In this document: positions 34,701 through 43,240 of the stretch, piece by piece
How positions within the stretch are numbered: the first letter of the stretch is position 1
Layout of the letters: the number at the start of each line of letters is the position of its first letter
NCBI GenBank assembly: GCA_035275545.1
Contig: DATEMP010000086.1
Location: 1 to 50,185 of the forward strand
From: Candidatus Eiseniibacteriota bacterium
GTDB taxonomy: Bacteria; Eisenbacteria; RBG-16-71-46
Reading direction: 5' to 3'
DNA: 50,185 nucleotides
The notes under the pieces: generated by a model
Told to the model about the DNA's origin: nothing
What the model saw: the letters and a program-made list of their open reading frames with translations, nothing else
Databases searched by the model: none
Position numbers and translations under genes: made by a program

Positions 34701-34889
34701 CCCGCCGCGACGAGTTTAGTCCGGCTCACCGGGAATCGGGGCCGCAGGCCCATTCGCGTTGACTTCGCCTTGATGCGGGCGTCTGATGAAGACCATCACT
34801 CGATCTGGCGCCTCCCGGAACCCACTCGAACTCCGAGCGCGCTTCCGTGGGCCGCAATGGGTAAGTCACGTTCCCATTCGGAGGACACC

Positions 34890-35840
34890 ATGAGTCGCTT
34901 TGTGACCGCGTTGCTCCTGCTCGTCATTTGTGCCGTGCCGGCTCTTGCACAGGAGAAGACCGACACCAAGGCGGGCCAGGCCACCGAGGCCTGGTTCAAT
35001 CCCATGCAGGGCCAGGTGATCCTCGCCGACGTGGCCGAGGACGAGGGCACCAACAACGCCTGCCCGGGCCAGGTGCTGGGCTGCGGCAACGTGCTCCGGC
35101 CTGCGGCGATCACCGCCGGGGAGAACGACTACTTCTCGTTCACCGCCACCGCCGGCGACGTCATCACCTTCGGCACCGACGCCGACGGCACCCCGACCGT
35201 GGACACCTTCATCCACCTCTACAACGCGGACTGCAGCACCGAGCTGGCCACCGATGACGACGCCGGTCCCGGCCTCTACTCGCTGCTGACGCTGTGCGCC
35301 CCCTACACCGGCACGTACGTCGGGCGGGTGCGCGGATTCAATGCAACGGCGGCCGGCCTCTACAAGGCATTCGTCACCTGCTCACCGTCCGGCGGCTGGG
35401 CCGACAACTGCGCCGGCGCAACGCAGCTCCAGTGCGGCGACATCAGCCTGTCCGGGAACACCGGCTGCAGCATCAACGACTACACGCTGCCGGCTGCGAA
35501 CCCCTGCACCGGCTTCACCGCGGCGGGGCGTGACCAGGTGCTGGCGATCAACGCGGGCGTGGGCGGCTCCGTGAGCCTCACCTACACCTCCACCGCCGAC
35601 GGATCGATCTACATCCTCAGCTCGTGCGCTCCGATCACCTGCGTGGCGGGCGCGGATGCCACGCTCACGGGGCAGCCGGAAGTGCTGAACTACAACTTCC
35701 CGAGCGCGGGCACCTACTACCTGATCCTCGATTCGTTCGGGACCAACACGGCCGGCTCGTGGACGCTGACCGGCTCGTTCGCCTGCGCGACGCCGGCCGC
35801 GACCGCGACGTGGGGAACGCTCAAGACGCTCTACCGGTAG
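34890..35840 (+). CDS. Secreted protein with two PPC (pre-peptidase C-terminal)-like domains and a TWGTLKTLYR C-terminal tail
   Basis: ORF 34698..35840. ATG 34890 is preceded by GGAGGA. Signal peptide MSRFVTALLLLVICAVPALA. PPC-like pattern: DYFSFTATAGDVITF, IHLYNADC, DDDAGPG, YTGTYVGRV. A second Cys-rich copy follows. Confidence 0.75.
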   Translation: MSRFVTALLLLVICAVPALAQEKTDTKAGQATEAWFNPMQGQVILADVAEDEGTNNACPGQVLGCGNVLRPAAITAGENDYFSFTATAGDVITFGTDADGTPTVDTFIHLYNADCSTELATDDDAGPGLYSLLTLCAPYTGTYVGRVRGFNATAAGLYKAFVTCSPSGGWADNCAGATQLQCGDISLSGNTGCSINDYTLPAANPCTGFTAAGRDQVLAINAGVGGSVSLTYTSTADGSIYILSSCAPITCVAGADATLTGQPEVLNYNFPSAGTYYLILDSFGTNTAGSWTLTGSFACATPAATATWGTLKTLYR

Positions 35841-35854
35841 GAGCGCAACGTACG

Positions 35855-35894
35855 GCGGCCGCCTGATCGACGATCAGGCGGCCGCTTTCGTTTG
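35855..35894 (+). terminator. Rho-independent terminator between convergent genes
   Basis: gcggccgcctgatcg-a-cgatcaggcggccgc has 15-nt complementary arms and is followed by tttcgtttg. Confidence 0.8.
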
Positions 35895-35916
35895 GGCGGT
35901 GATGGATGCGGCGGGC

Positions 35917-37029
35917 TCAGACCACCGCGACCTTGACGCAGTGGATGGGCGGAAGCCCGTCGAACAGGCAGCTCCATTCCTCGCCGCCCTCGTGGCCGAT
36001 CCACAGCTGCCCGGTGGTGGTGCCGAAGTAGAGCGCCGGAGACTTGAGCTCGTCCACGTCCATGCCGTCGCGCAGCACCGTGAACCAGCTCTCCTTCTTC
36101 GGCAGCCCCTTCGCGAGCCGCCGCCACGAATCGCCGCCGTTCTCCGTGCGCCACACCGCGGGCGCGGCCCCGGGGCAGGTGCGGGTCGCGGGCTCGAGCG
36201 GCACGACGTACGCCGTATCGGCGTCGTGCGGGTGGACCACGATCGGGAAGCCGAAATCGGAGGGCAGCCCCTTGGCGATCGACCGCCAGGTCCGGCCGTG
36301 ATCGTCGGTGCGCAGCACGCCGATGTCCGGCCGGCGTCCGCCGGGACCGTCCCACTCGCCCCAACCGCCGTGGTTCTGCATGTAGAAGCGGCCGGGCGCG
36401 TCCTTGTGGCCCGCGATCTTGTGCACGCACTGGCCGAACTCTGGGAAGGGGTCGGGCGTGAACCCGGCGCCGACGCCGGTGTTCGAGGCCTTGAAGGTGC
36501 TCCCGCCGTCCTCGCTCAGGTAGTGCCCGCCGGTCGAGATGCCGAGATGCACGCGGTCACCGTCGCGCACGATCGTGTGCATGCACAGGCCACCGTTGCC
36601 CGGCTGCCACTTGCGCGCGTGCTCGTGATTGCTGATGCCCGGCATCATCTCCCAGGAATCGCCCTGGTCCGGGCTCCGGAACAGGGCCGCGGGCTCCACG
36701 CCGCACCAGAGCTCCTTGCGACCCGGTCCCGGCTCGATCGACCAGATGTTCGCCAGTGCCCGCCCGTCGTCCTGGGGAAACGCGGGCGCGGACTTGGTCT
36801 CCTTGAAGGTCTTCCCGAGATCGGTCGAGTGCAGCACCTTCATTCCGAAGAACGCATTGCAGCTCGACGCGTAGATGCGCGGGGTGCCGCGCGTGTCGAT
36901 GAGGGTGGAATAGACCGCCACGCCCGGGCTGAACGGTCCGCGCAGCGTGAAACGATTGCGGGTCTTCGACCCCTCGGCGATGAACAGGCCTTTCTTGGTG
37001 CCGATACCGAGGATCACGCGCTGGGGCAT
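35917..37029 (-). CDS. BNR/Asp-box repeat beta-propeller protein (sialidase-fold, cytoplasmic, function unknown)
   Basis: Full ORF with no signal peptide. Asp-box-like motifs: STDLGKTF, SPDQGDSW, SEDGGSTF, TDDHGRTW, TENGGDSW. The ATG is preceded by GGAGG, which is encoded by the upstream gene's Gly-Gly codons. Confidence 0.85.
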   Translation of the reverse strand: MPQRVILGIGTKKGLFIAEGSKTRNRFTLRGPFSPGVAVYSTLIDTRGTPRIYASSCNAFFGMKVLHSTDLGKTFKETKSAPAFPQDDGRALANIWSIEPGPGRKELWCGVEPAALFRSPDQGDSWEMMPGISNHEHARKWQPGNGGLCMHTIVRDGDRVHLGISTGGHYLSEDGGSTFKASNTGVGAGFTPDPFPEFGQCVHKIAGHKDAPGRFYMQNHGGWGEWDGPGGRRPDIGVLRTDDHGRTWRSIAKGLPSDFGFPIVVHPHDADTAYVVPLEPATRTCPGAAPAVWRTENGGDSWRRLAKGLPKKESWFTVLRDGMDVDELKSPALYFGTTTGQLWIGHEGGEEWSCLFDGLPPIHCVKVAVV

Positions 37030-37307
37030 GGTCGACCTCCGGAAACCGCGGGAAGAATGGTGATCACGTCGCCCGGGACGAGCGTCGTGTCGAGCCCGTC
37101 ACGATCGCGCACGTGGTCATTGTTGACGAACACGCCGATGTGCCGGCGCACCGCGCCGGTCTCGTCGCAGACGTTGCGATGGAGCGCAGGGTAGCCGACC
37201 GCGAGCTGCTCCAGCGCCGCGCGCACGCTCGCGGCCTCGACTCGCACCTCGGAAGCGCCTCCGCAATCGGCACGCAGCGGACCGGGAACCAGAATCGTGA
37301 TCGTCAT
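37014..37307 (-). CDS. MoaD/ThiS-family ubiquitin-fold protein with a 6-residue tail after the Gly-Gly
   Basis: ORF 37014..37355. From ATG 37307 the product is MTITILVPGPLRADCGGAS...VFVNNDHV...LVPGDVITILPAVSGG-RPCPSA. The 3' end overlaps the BNR gene by 16 nt. Confidence 0.8.
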   Translation of the reverse strand: MTITILVPGPLRADCGGASEVRVEAASVRAALEQLAVGYPALHRNVCDETGAVRRHIGVFVNNDHVRDRDGLDTTLVPGDVITILPAVSGGRPCPSA

Positions 37308-37534
37308 GGCCGGGTGCGAGCCTAGCGCGGGGCAGGACGGCGTCGCAAACCCCAACGAGTTCGCCGAACGTTACAGATCGGTGGCCGACGCTTTGTACGA
37401 TTGGTTTAGAGCCACTCACCGTCCGGTTCGAGCCGTTCTCGATGGCGCTCGCACCTCATGTGCGCTACGGTCAAAGTGTTCGTCGGGCCGCGTACTCATC
37501 CAGTTCCATGGCTTCACGATAGGAGGAGCCCCCC

Positions 37535-38119
37535 ATGCGCAGCTTCGTGACTCCGTTGTTCCCTCGCGCGCTCCTGACCGTGATCGCGGCGGTCGCACTC
37601 GCCGTGACCGCGTACGCTGCGCCGGTTCCATACTCGGCGGTGCTGTCCGGCCCCGCGGAGTCACCGCCCAACGCCTCGCCGGGCACCGGATCGTCGCTGG
37701 TGGAGATCGACGCGGTCGCGCACACGATGCACGTCCACATCGACTTCACGGGGCTGATCGGCAACACCACCGCGAGCCACATCCACTCGCCCACGGCGGT
37801 GGCGGGCACGGGAACGGCGGGCGTCGCCACCACCACGCCGACGTTCGCCGGCTTCCCGCTCGGCGTGACCTCGGGCAACTACGACATCGTGCTCGACATG
37901 ACGCAGGCGTCGAGCTACAACCCGAGCTACGTCACCGCACACGGCGGCAACACGACGCAGGCCGAGGCGGATCTGTTCGCGAGCATCGCCGCCGGCACCG
38001 CGTACGTGAACGTGCACAGCAGCCAGTTCCCGGGCGGCGAGATCCGCGGATTCCTCGTCCCGGGCGCGACGCCCACCAGCGCCACCACCTGGGGTCGGAT
38101 CAAGACGCTCTATCGGTAG
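37535..38119 (+). CDS. Secreted CHRD-domain protein with a TWGRIKTLYR C-terminal tail
   Basis: Signal peptide ..LLTVIAAVALAVTAYA. CHRD pattern: LSGPAESPPNASPGTGS, ASHIHSP, AYVNVHSSQFPGGEIRGFL. Confidence 0.82.
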   Translation: MRSFVTPLFPRALLTVIAAVALAVTAYAAPVPYSAVLSGPAESPPNASPGTGSSLVEIDAVAHTMHVHIDFTGLIGNTTASHIHSPTAVAGTGTAGVATTTPTFAGFPLGVTSGNYDIVLDMTQASSYNPSYVTAHGGNTTQAEADLFASIAAGTAYVNVHSSQFPGGEIRGFLVPGATPTSATTWGRIKTLYR

Positions 38120-38139
38120 TCGGAACCACGCACATCGCG

Positions 38140-38175
38140 CGGCCATCCCCGGCGACGGGGGTGGCCGTTCGCGTG
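38140..38175 (+). terminator. Terminator hairpin between convergent genes
   Basis: cggccatcccc-ggcgac-gggggtggccg forms an 11-bp stem (one G-U pair) followed by ttcgcgtg. Confidence 0.6.
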
Positions 38176-39267
38176 TCAGGCGTCGCCGCCTTCACCGGCG
38201 AGCACCACCACACCGGTCGCCTTGAACGAGGCGAACACCTCCGCTCCGGGCACGAGCCCGAGCGTCTCGACCGCGTCGCGCGTCACCTGGGCGGCGAGCG
38301 GAGGCCGGGTGGAGAGCAGGACCCGGACGCGCTCGCCCTGGGGCGGCTCCGGGATCACCTCGTCGACCACGCCGCGCAGCACGTTGCGCGCGCTGCCGGC
38401 GGGCGCCGCGCGCGAGACCACGATGTCGTGCGGATGGATGACGAGCCGCACCGCGCCCTCAGCGCCCGGGTCGGGCACCGTGAGCGTCGTGCCCTCGCAC
38501 GCCACGGCCACGAGCCCGTCCGCGTGGCGCGCCGCGATCGTCCCATCCACGAGGTTCACGCCCAGGAACTCGGCGACGTAGCGCGAGCGGGGCCGGCGCA
38601 CGAAATCGTCGCGCGTGCCGGACTGCGTCACCCGCCCCGCCTCGAGTACCGCGATCCGCTCGCCGAACGCCAGCGCCTCGGTGGGATGGTGGGTCACGAA
38701 CAGCGTCGCGCACGAGAGCCCCTGGAGCGTGCGCCGCAGCTCGGCCCGCACCGTGCGGCGCGTCCTGAGATCGAGCGCCGAGAGCGGCTCATCGAGCAGC
38801 AGGATCTCGGGATCGAGGACCAGGGCACGGGCGAGCGCCACGCGCTGCTGCTGCCCGCCCGAGAGCTGGTGGGGCCGCCGCGAGGCGAGGGCGCCGAGAT
38901 CGAAGCGATCGAGCGTCGCCGCCACGCGCCGCTCGATCTCGCGGCGCGGGCGTCGCTGGGCCCGCAGCCCGAACGCGACGTTCGCGCGCGCGTCGAGGTG
39001 GGGGAAGAGCGCATAGTCCTGGGCCACGTAGCCGATCGGCCGGCCCTCGGGCGGCACGCTCCACCGGGCGGCGGGATCGACCAGCGGCTCCCCGTTCCAC
39101 GCGATCCTGCCGTCGTCGGGATCGAGCAGCCCGGCGACCAGCCGCAACAGCGTGCTCTTGCCCGATCCGCTCTCGCCCACCAGCACCGTGACGGCACCGG
39201 ACGGCGCGGCGAGCGCGGCCTCGAGCGTGAAGCTACCGATGCGGCGGCGAACCCGGATGTCCAGCAC
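38176..39267 (-). CDS. modC: Molybdate ABC transporter ATP-binding protein with a C-terminal TOBE domain
   Basis: ORF 38176..39453. The GTG at 39267 gives (M)LDIRVRRRIGSF. Walker A is GESGSGKST, the signature is LSGGQQQRVALARAL, and Walker B is LLLDEP. The TOBE tail is NVLRGVVDEV...FASFKATGV. Confidence 0.9.
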   Translation of the reverse strand: MLDIRVRRRIGSFTLEAALAAPSGAVTVLVGESGSGKSTLLRLVAGLLDPDDGRIAWNGEPLVDPAARWSVPPEGRPIGYVAQDYALFPHLDARANVAFGLRAQRRPRREIERRVAATLDRFDLGALASRRPHQLSGGQQQRVALARALVLDPEILLLDEPLSALDLRTRRTVRAELRRTLQGLSCATLFVTHHPTEALAFGERIAVLEAGRVTQSGTRDDFVRRPRSRYVAEFLGVNLVDGTIAARHADGLVAVACEGTTLTVPDPGAEGAVRLVIHPHDIVVSRAAPAGSARNVLRGVVDEVIPEPPQGERVRVLLSTRPPLAAQVTRDAVETLGLVPGAEVFASFKATGVVVLAGEGGDA

Positions 39268-40102
39268 CGGAACGCACCCCCATCCATCCCGGGGGCGCCG
39301 AGCCCAGCCCCAGCAGGAGACCGAACGACATGACCAGCAGCAGCACCGAGAGCACCACCGCGGCGTCCAGATCGGACTGGAGCGCCACGTAGACCGCGAG
39401 CGGCATGGTCTGCGTGACCCCGGGCAGGTTGCCGGCGAAGGTGATGGTTGCACCGAACTCGCCCAGTGCGCGCGCCCCGCTCAACGACACGCCCGCCACC
39501 AGGGATGGCAAGGCGAGCGGCAGCATGACGCGGAGGAAGCGCTGGGTCTCGGAGGCGCGCAGCGTCGCCGCGGCGTCGAGGAGGCGCGGGTCGACGCCCG
39601 CGAACCCGGCGCGTGCGGGAGCGATGAAGAACGGCGCCGCCATGAACACCTGGGCGAGGATCACCCCCACGGTGGTGAACGGCAGACTCACGCCGAACGC
39701 GCTCAGCCAGTGCCCCGCGAAGCCCATCCTCCCGAACGCCATCAGCAGCGCGAAGCCGGCCACCGTAGGAGGGAGCACCATCGGCAGCTGGATGAGCACC
39801 TCGAGCAGGCGCTTGCCCCGGAACTCGCGGGTGGCGAGCAGGTACGCGGCCGGAGTGCCGAGGATCACGACCAGCGCCGTCGCGGAGATGCTGGTGAGGA
39901 GGCTGAGCCGCAGCGCCTCCAGCACCGCCGGCTCACCGAGGCGCACCAGCAGCGTCCGTGGGGATACGCGCGCGATCAGGCCGACGAACGGCAGCGCGAG
40001 CAGCAGGACCAGGACGCCGATCGCGGCGATCGCCAACCCTGGGATCAGCGGAGGCGACGGACGCCCGGCAGCCGCGAAGCGGGCATCGGGCGCGTGGCTC
40101 AC
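39233..40102 (-). CDS. modB: Molybdate ABC transporter permease
   Basis: 3' part of ORF 39233..40891. GTG 40102 overlaps the modA stop as GTGA. Has a BPD-transporter EAA-like loop (AAATLRASETQRFLRVMLPLALP) and FGATITFAGN. Confidence 0.9.
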   Translation of the reverse strand: MSHAPDARFAAAGRPSPPLIPGLAIAAIGVLVLLLALPFVGLIARVSPRTLLVRLGEPAVLEALRLSLLTSISATALVVILGTPAAYLLATREFRGKRLLEVLIQLPMVLPPTVAGFALLMAFGRMGFAGHWLSAFGVSLPFTTVGVILAQVFMAAPFFIAPARAGFAGVDPRLLDAAATLRASETQRFLRVMLPLALPSLVAGVSLSGARALGEFGATITFAGNLPGVTQTMPLAVYVALQSDLDAAVVLSVLLLVMSFGLLLGLGSAPPGWMGVRSGAGHPGSPPHR

Positions 40103-40908
40103 GGCGTTCCGGTCACCGGCATGATCCCCCGGCGCTGCAGCACGCTCTGGCCGGAGGGGGAGAGCACCAGGGCGACGAACGCCCGCGCGTCGTCGGGCAT
40201 GCGGGACCCCGCGAGGGTAGCGATCGGGTAGCGGGCGAGCACGTTGGCGGGCTCGGGGATCTCGATCGCGCGCACGTACCGGGCGATCGCCGGCGTCACG
40301 TCGGAGCGGTAGACGATCCCCGCGTCCGCTTCGCCGAGCTGCACCTTGCCGACCACCGACTTCACGTTCTCCTCCTCGGAGACCACGTTCGCCAGCACGC
40401 GGCGCGCGTAGTCGACATCGAACCCGTCGAGGCGCGCGAGGTTCTGGAGCATCTCGCGGCTGTACCGGCCGACCGGGACCGCATCGGCTCCCACCACCAG
40501 CTTGATCCCGCGCCGGGTGAGGTCCTGAAGCCGGCCGATCCGCGCGGGGTTGGTGCGGGGCAGGATCACCACCAGCCGGTTGTGCGCGAACACACGGGGC
40601 TCCCCGTCGACCAGCTGCTTCTCGCGCACGTCGCTCATCCAGCGCTCGTCGGCCGAGGCGAACACGTCCGCGGCGGCGCCGTTGGCGAGCTGGGAGGCGA
40701 GCTGCTGCGAACCGGCCAGGTTGAGCTGGACCTCGAGACCCGGATGCTCGCGCTCGAACGCGGTCGCGATCTCCCGGAACGCGTCCGCGAGCGAGGCGGC
40801 CGCGAACACGCGCAGGGTCTGCTTCGGGGCACCAGCCGCGTGCGCGATCGGGACCGAAGAGGTGAAGCACAGGACCGCCGCCACCAGGCATGCACGGAGG
40901 CCCTTCAC
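40099..40908 (-). CDS. modA: Molybdate ABC transporter periplasmic binding protein
   Basis: 3' part of ORF 40099..41367. GTG 40908 overlaps the upstream stop as GTGA. Signal peptide KGLRACLVAAVLCFTSSVPIAHA. ModA pattern: LRVFAAASLADAF, FASAD, VPVGRYS, GIVYRSD. Confidence 0.9.
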   Translation of the reverse strand: MKGLRACLVAAVLCFTSSVPIAHAAGAPKQTLRVFAAASLADAFREIATAFEREHPGLEVQLNLAGSQQLASQLANGAAADVFASADERWMSDVREKQLVDGEPRVFAHNRLVVILPRTNPARIGRLQDLTRRGIKLVVGADAVPVGRYSREMLQNLARLDGFDVDYARRVLANVVSEEENVKSVVGKVQLGEADAGIVYRSDVTPAIARYVRAIEIPEPANVLARYPIATLAGSRMPDDARAFVALVLSPSGQSVLQRRGIMPVTGTP

Positions 40909-41300
40909 GACCCGTCGTCTCCCTTCCCGATGATGACCTCGGTCGACTTGATGACCGCGTAAACGGTGTCGCCTTCGCGCAGGCGCAGCCGCTCGGCGGA
41001 CGAGCGTGTGATCACCGACACCAGCTCCTGGTCGCCGATGCGAACCTGCACCTCGGCCATCAGTCCCTCGACGTTCAGCGCGGTGATGGTGCCGCGCAGG
41101 CGATTCCTCGCGCTGATCGAGAGCGCCGGGGCCGTGGCGGGCACCGGGCAACCGAGCAGGCTCTCGATCTGGTCGCGCCGGAAGAGCCACCTTCGTCCCA
41201 CGCGGACCGCAGGGAGCTTGCCCTCCCGGGCCAGGCTCTGGACCCGTTTGGCGTTCATGTGAAGGAGGTCGGCGGCTTCGCTGACGGTGAGCGTCTGCAT
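40905..41300 (-). CDS. Transcriptional regulator with an excisionase/MerR-type HTH fused to a TOBE (Mop) molybdate-binding domain
   Basis: ORF 40905..41327. ATG 41300 is preceded by AGGAG. The HTH is TVSEAADLLHMNAKRVQSLAREGKLPAVRVGRRWLF. The TOBE domain is SARNRLRGTITALNVEGLMAEVQVRIG..GDTVYAVIKSTEV. Confidence 0.85.
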   Translation of the reverse strand: MQTLTVSEAADLLHMNAKRVQSLAREGKLPAVRVGRRWLFRRDQIESLLGCPVPATAPALSISARNRLRGTITALNVEGLMAEVQVRIGDQELVSVITRSSAERLRLREGDTVYAVIKSTEVIIGKGDDGS

Positions 41301-41407
41301 CGAAACTCCTGCTTGCCTCGGCCTCAAAGGATGCTAATGTGCCGTCGCTGTCGAATGGAAGCCACATTGCACCACATGAAGGACGACATCAAGGAGTTCC
41401 AGCACCC

Positions 41408-42370
41408 GTGGACAGCAGGATTCCGCGTTTCGCCGTCGTGCTCATGGTGGCGATGGGCCTCGCCTCGAGCGCCGGCCGCGCCGGGAGCCAGGGTCTGCCG
41501 GCACCACCCCGGGTGGGCGGCTACGTCCAGCTCCGTGAGACGGCGCAGGAGGGTGTCGGGCTCACCGCGGCCCTCAACCGGGCGCGATTCTCGATCGACG
41601 GACCGCTGCCGTCCCGCTTCAGCTACCGGCTGCTGGTCGAGACCGAGGCTTCCACCGGCCGGCTGACCGCCGCCGCGGTCAGCCTGCGTGAGGCGATCAT
41701 CCGCTGGGCGCCCGGATCGTTCGCGGTGACCGCCGGACAGTTCAAGACGCCGTTCAGCCGCGAGTACCTGCTGCCGGTGCCGGTGCTCGAGACCCCCGAC
41801 TTCGCCGCGGTGGTCGACTCGCTCTCGCCCAAGTACGACGTGGGAGTCATGGGCGAATACGCGTGGGGACCCTGGGCGACCGCCTTCCTCGGGGTCTTCA
41901 ACGGCGAAGGACAGAACGCGACCGCGAACCGCGATTCGACCGTGATGTGGGTGGGCCGCCTGGTGGTTCGCCCGATCGCCCAGCTCGCGGTGGGCGGGAG
42001 CGCGACGCGCGACGGACCCGACAGCCTGCGTTGGGGCGCCGAAGCCCAGGTGGAGGAGCGCGGGGTCATCGTTCGCGGCGAGTACATCGCCCGCCATCGC
42101 CGCGGGCGGGCGACCGATCGCGACGATGCCGGATGGTACGTGCTCGGCGTCTATCGCGTGGTCCCGCAGGCGCAGCTCCTGGTGCGCCAGGAGGACTTTC
42201 TCCGTCCCAGCATCGGGCTCAGCCGTCGCGTGCGCGGCACCACCGTGGGCACGATCATCGAGATCGTCCCGAATCGCGTCCGCCTGCTGGTGGACGGCGT
42301 CCGCCGCACCAGCGGGGCCAGCCACACCCGGACCACCACCTTCGTCGCGCAGGCGCAGGTGCGGTTCTAG
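41408..42370 (+). CDS. Outer-membrane porin, phosphate-selective porin O/P family, divergent from the mod operon
   Basis: ORF 41339..42370. The GTG at 41408 follows AAGGAG. Signal peptide RIPRFAVVLMVAMGLASSAG. Motifs GYVQLRE and LNRARFSIDG, beta-strand alternation, and a terminal F (AQAQVRF). Confidence 0.75.
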   Translation: MDSRIPRFAVVLMVAMGLASSAGRAGSQGLPAPPRVGGYVQLRETAQEGVGLTAALNRARFSIDGPLPSRFSYRLLVETEASTGRLTAAAVSLREAIIRWAPGSFAVTAGQFKTPFSREYLLPVPVLETPDFAAVVDSLSPKYDVGVMGEYAWGPWATAFLGVFNGEGQNATANRDSTVMWVGRLVVRPIAQLAVGGSATRDGPDSLRWGAEAQVEERGVIVRGEYIARHRRGRATDRDDAGWYVLGVYRVVPQAQLLVRQEDFLRPSIGLSRRVRGTTVGTIIEIVPNRVRLLVDGVRRTSGASHTRTTTFVAQAQVRF

Positions 42371-42439
42371 CCGATCCTCGCGGGTGCTAGATTCCCCCGC
42401 ACCCGGGTCGCTCTGAGCGCCCGGTCGCGGAGGACCCCC

Positions 42440-43126
42440 TTGAACGGCTCGATGGTCGCACCCCGGTCCGGCATCCCGCGCGCGGCGATCGCTCTGGCGA
42501 GCCTGATCGTGCTCCTGGGTGGCGCGGCCGTGGCGCGCTGCGAGCCCGAGGACGAGCGCGATGCCGGGCGGGAATCGGGGCCGCAGCTGATCCTGCCCGG
42601 CAGCCACGTGGTGCGGCCCGGCCAGGTCATCGAGCTGCGCTGGGAACAGGCGGACGCGATCTCGGAGCTCGAGATCCTGCTCTCGGTGGACGGCGGCCGG
42701 CACTACGCGGTGTGCATCTCTCCTCAGCTCGACCCCGCGCAGTGCGTCTACCGGTGGCAGGTGCCGCGACACCTCGCGATCGGGACGCTGCGGATGCGGA
42801 TTCGCTTCAACCGCGGCGGCCGCGAGATCGAAGGCGGCCCTGCCGAGCCCCTGTCGGTCGCCCACGTGGACCCAAGCATCCCCGAGCCGCTCGGCCTGCC
42901 GCCGCTCGCGAACCCGGGCGGTCGCGCGCCTTCCCCGGCGCGCGATCGAGGCGGGATCCCGGCAGGGCGCACGGGCATCGTTCCCGCGACGGCCCTCAAG
43001 GAGCGAGCGCCGCTTCCCGAAGCCGCCCGCATCCAGTGCGCGCGGATCGAGTGCACGACCCTATCCCGTCCGCCCGCGCTCGCCGGCGCGTTCGCTCCGC
43101 CGCGCACGCCCCCGCTGCGGACATGA
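42440..43126 (+). CDS. Hypothetical secreted protein with one Ig-like beta domain and a Pro/Ala/Arg-rich tail
   Basis: TTG 42440 or ATG 42452. Signal-like AAIALASLIVLLGGAAVA and high GC3. The low-complexity C-terminal third makes the stop assignment less certain. Confidence 0.5.
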   Translation: MNGSMVAPRSGIPRAAIALASLIVLLGGAAVARCEPEDERDAGRESGPQLILPGSHVVRPGQVIELRWEQADAISELEILLSVDGGRHYAVCISPQLDPAQCVYRWQVPRHLAIGTLRMRIRFNRGGREIEGGPAEPLSVAHVDPSIPEPLGLPPLANPGGRAPSPARDRGGIPAGRTGIVPATALKERAPLPEAARIQCARIECTTLSRPPALAGAFAPPRTPPLRT

Positions 43127-43240
43127 GCCGCCGCGCCTTCACGCCCATCGTTCATCCCTGATCGTCGTCGCAGCCCGCCGCGCGCGCACAAGCGTGTCAC
43201 CGTGGCGTGCCTGCGCATGTCCCCTGGGAAAGGTGTGTCC

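Noticed and set aside
31742-34753. 1003-aa minus-strand ORF antisense to the metalloprotease
   Set aside because: It is a shadow ORF. The plus strand has HExxH, a P-domain and a FlgD-Ig-like tail, while the minus-strand product is Arg/Gly/His-rich with no motifs.
41301-41407. Possible operator for the HTH-TOBE regulator (AATGTG-N21-CACATT) in the mod/porin divergent region
   Set aside because: It has only 6-bp arms with a long spacer and no resemblance to the E. coli ModE box. That is too weak to call without comparative data.
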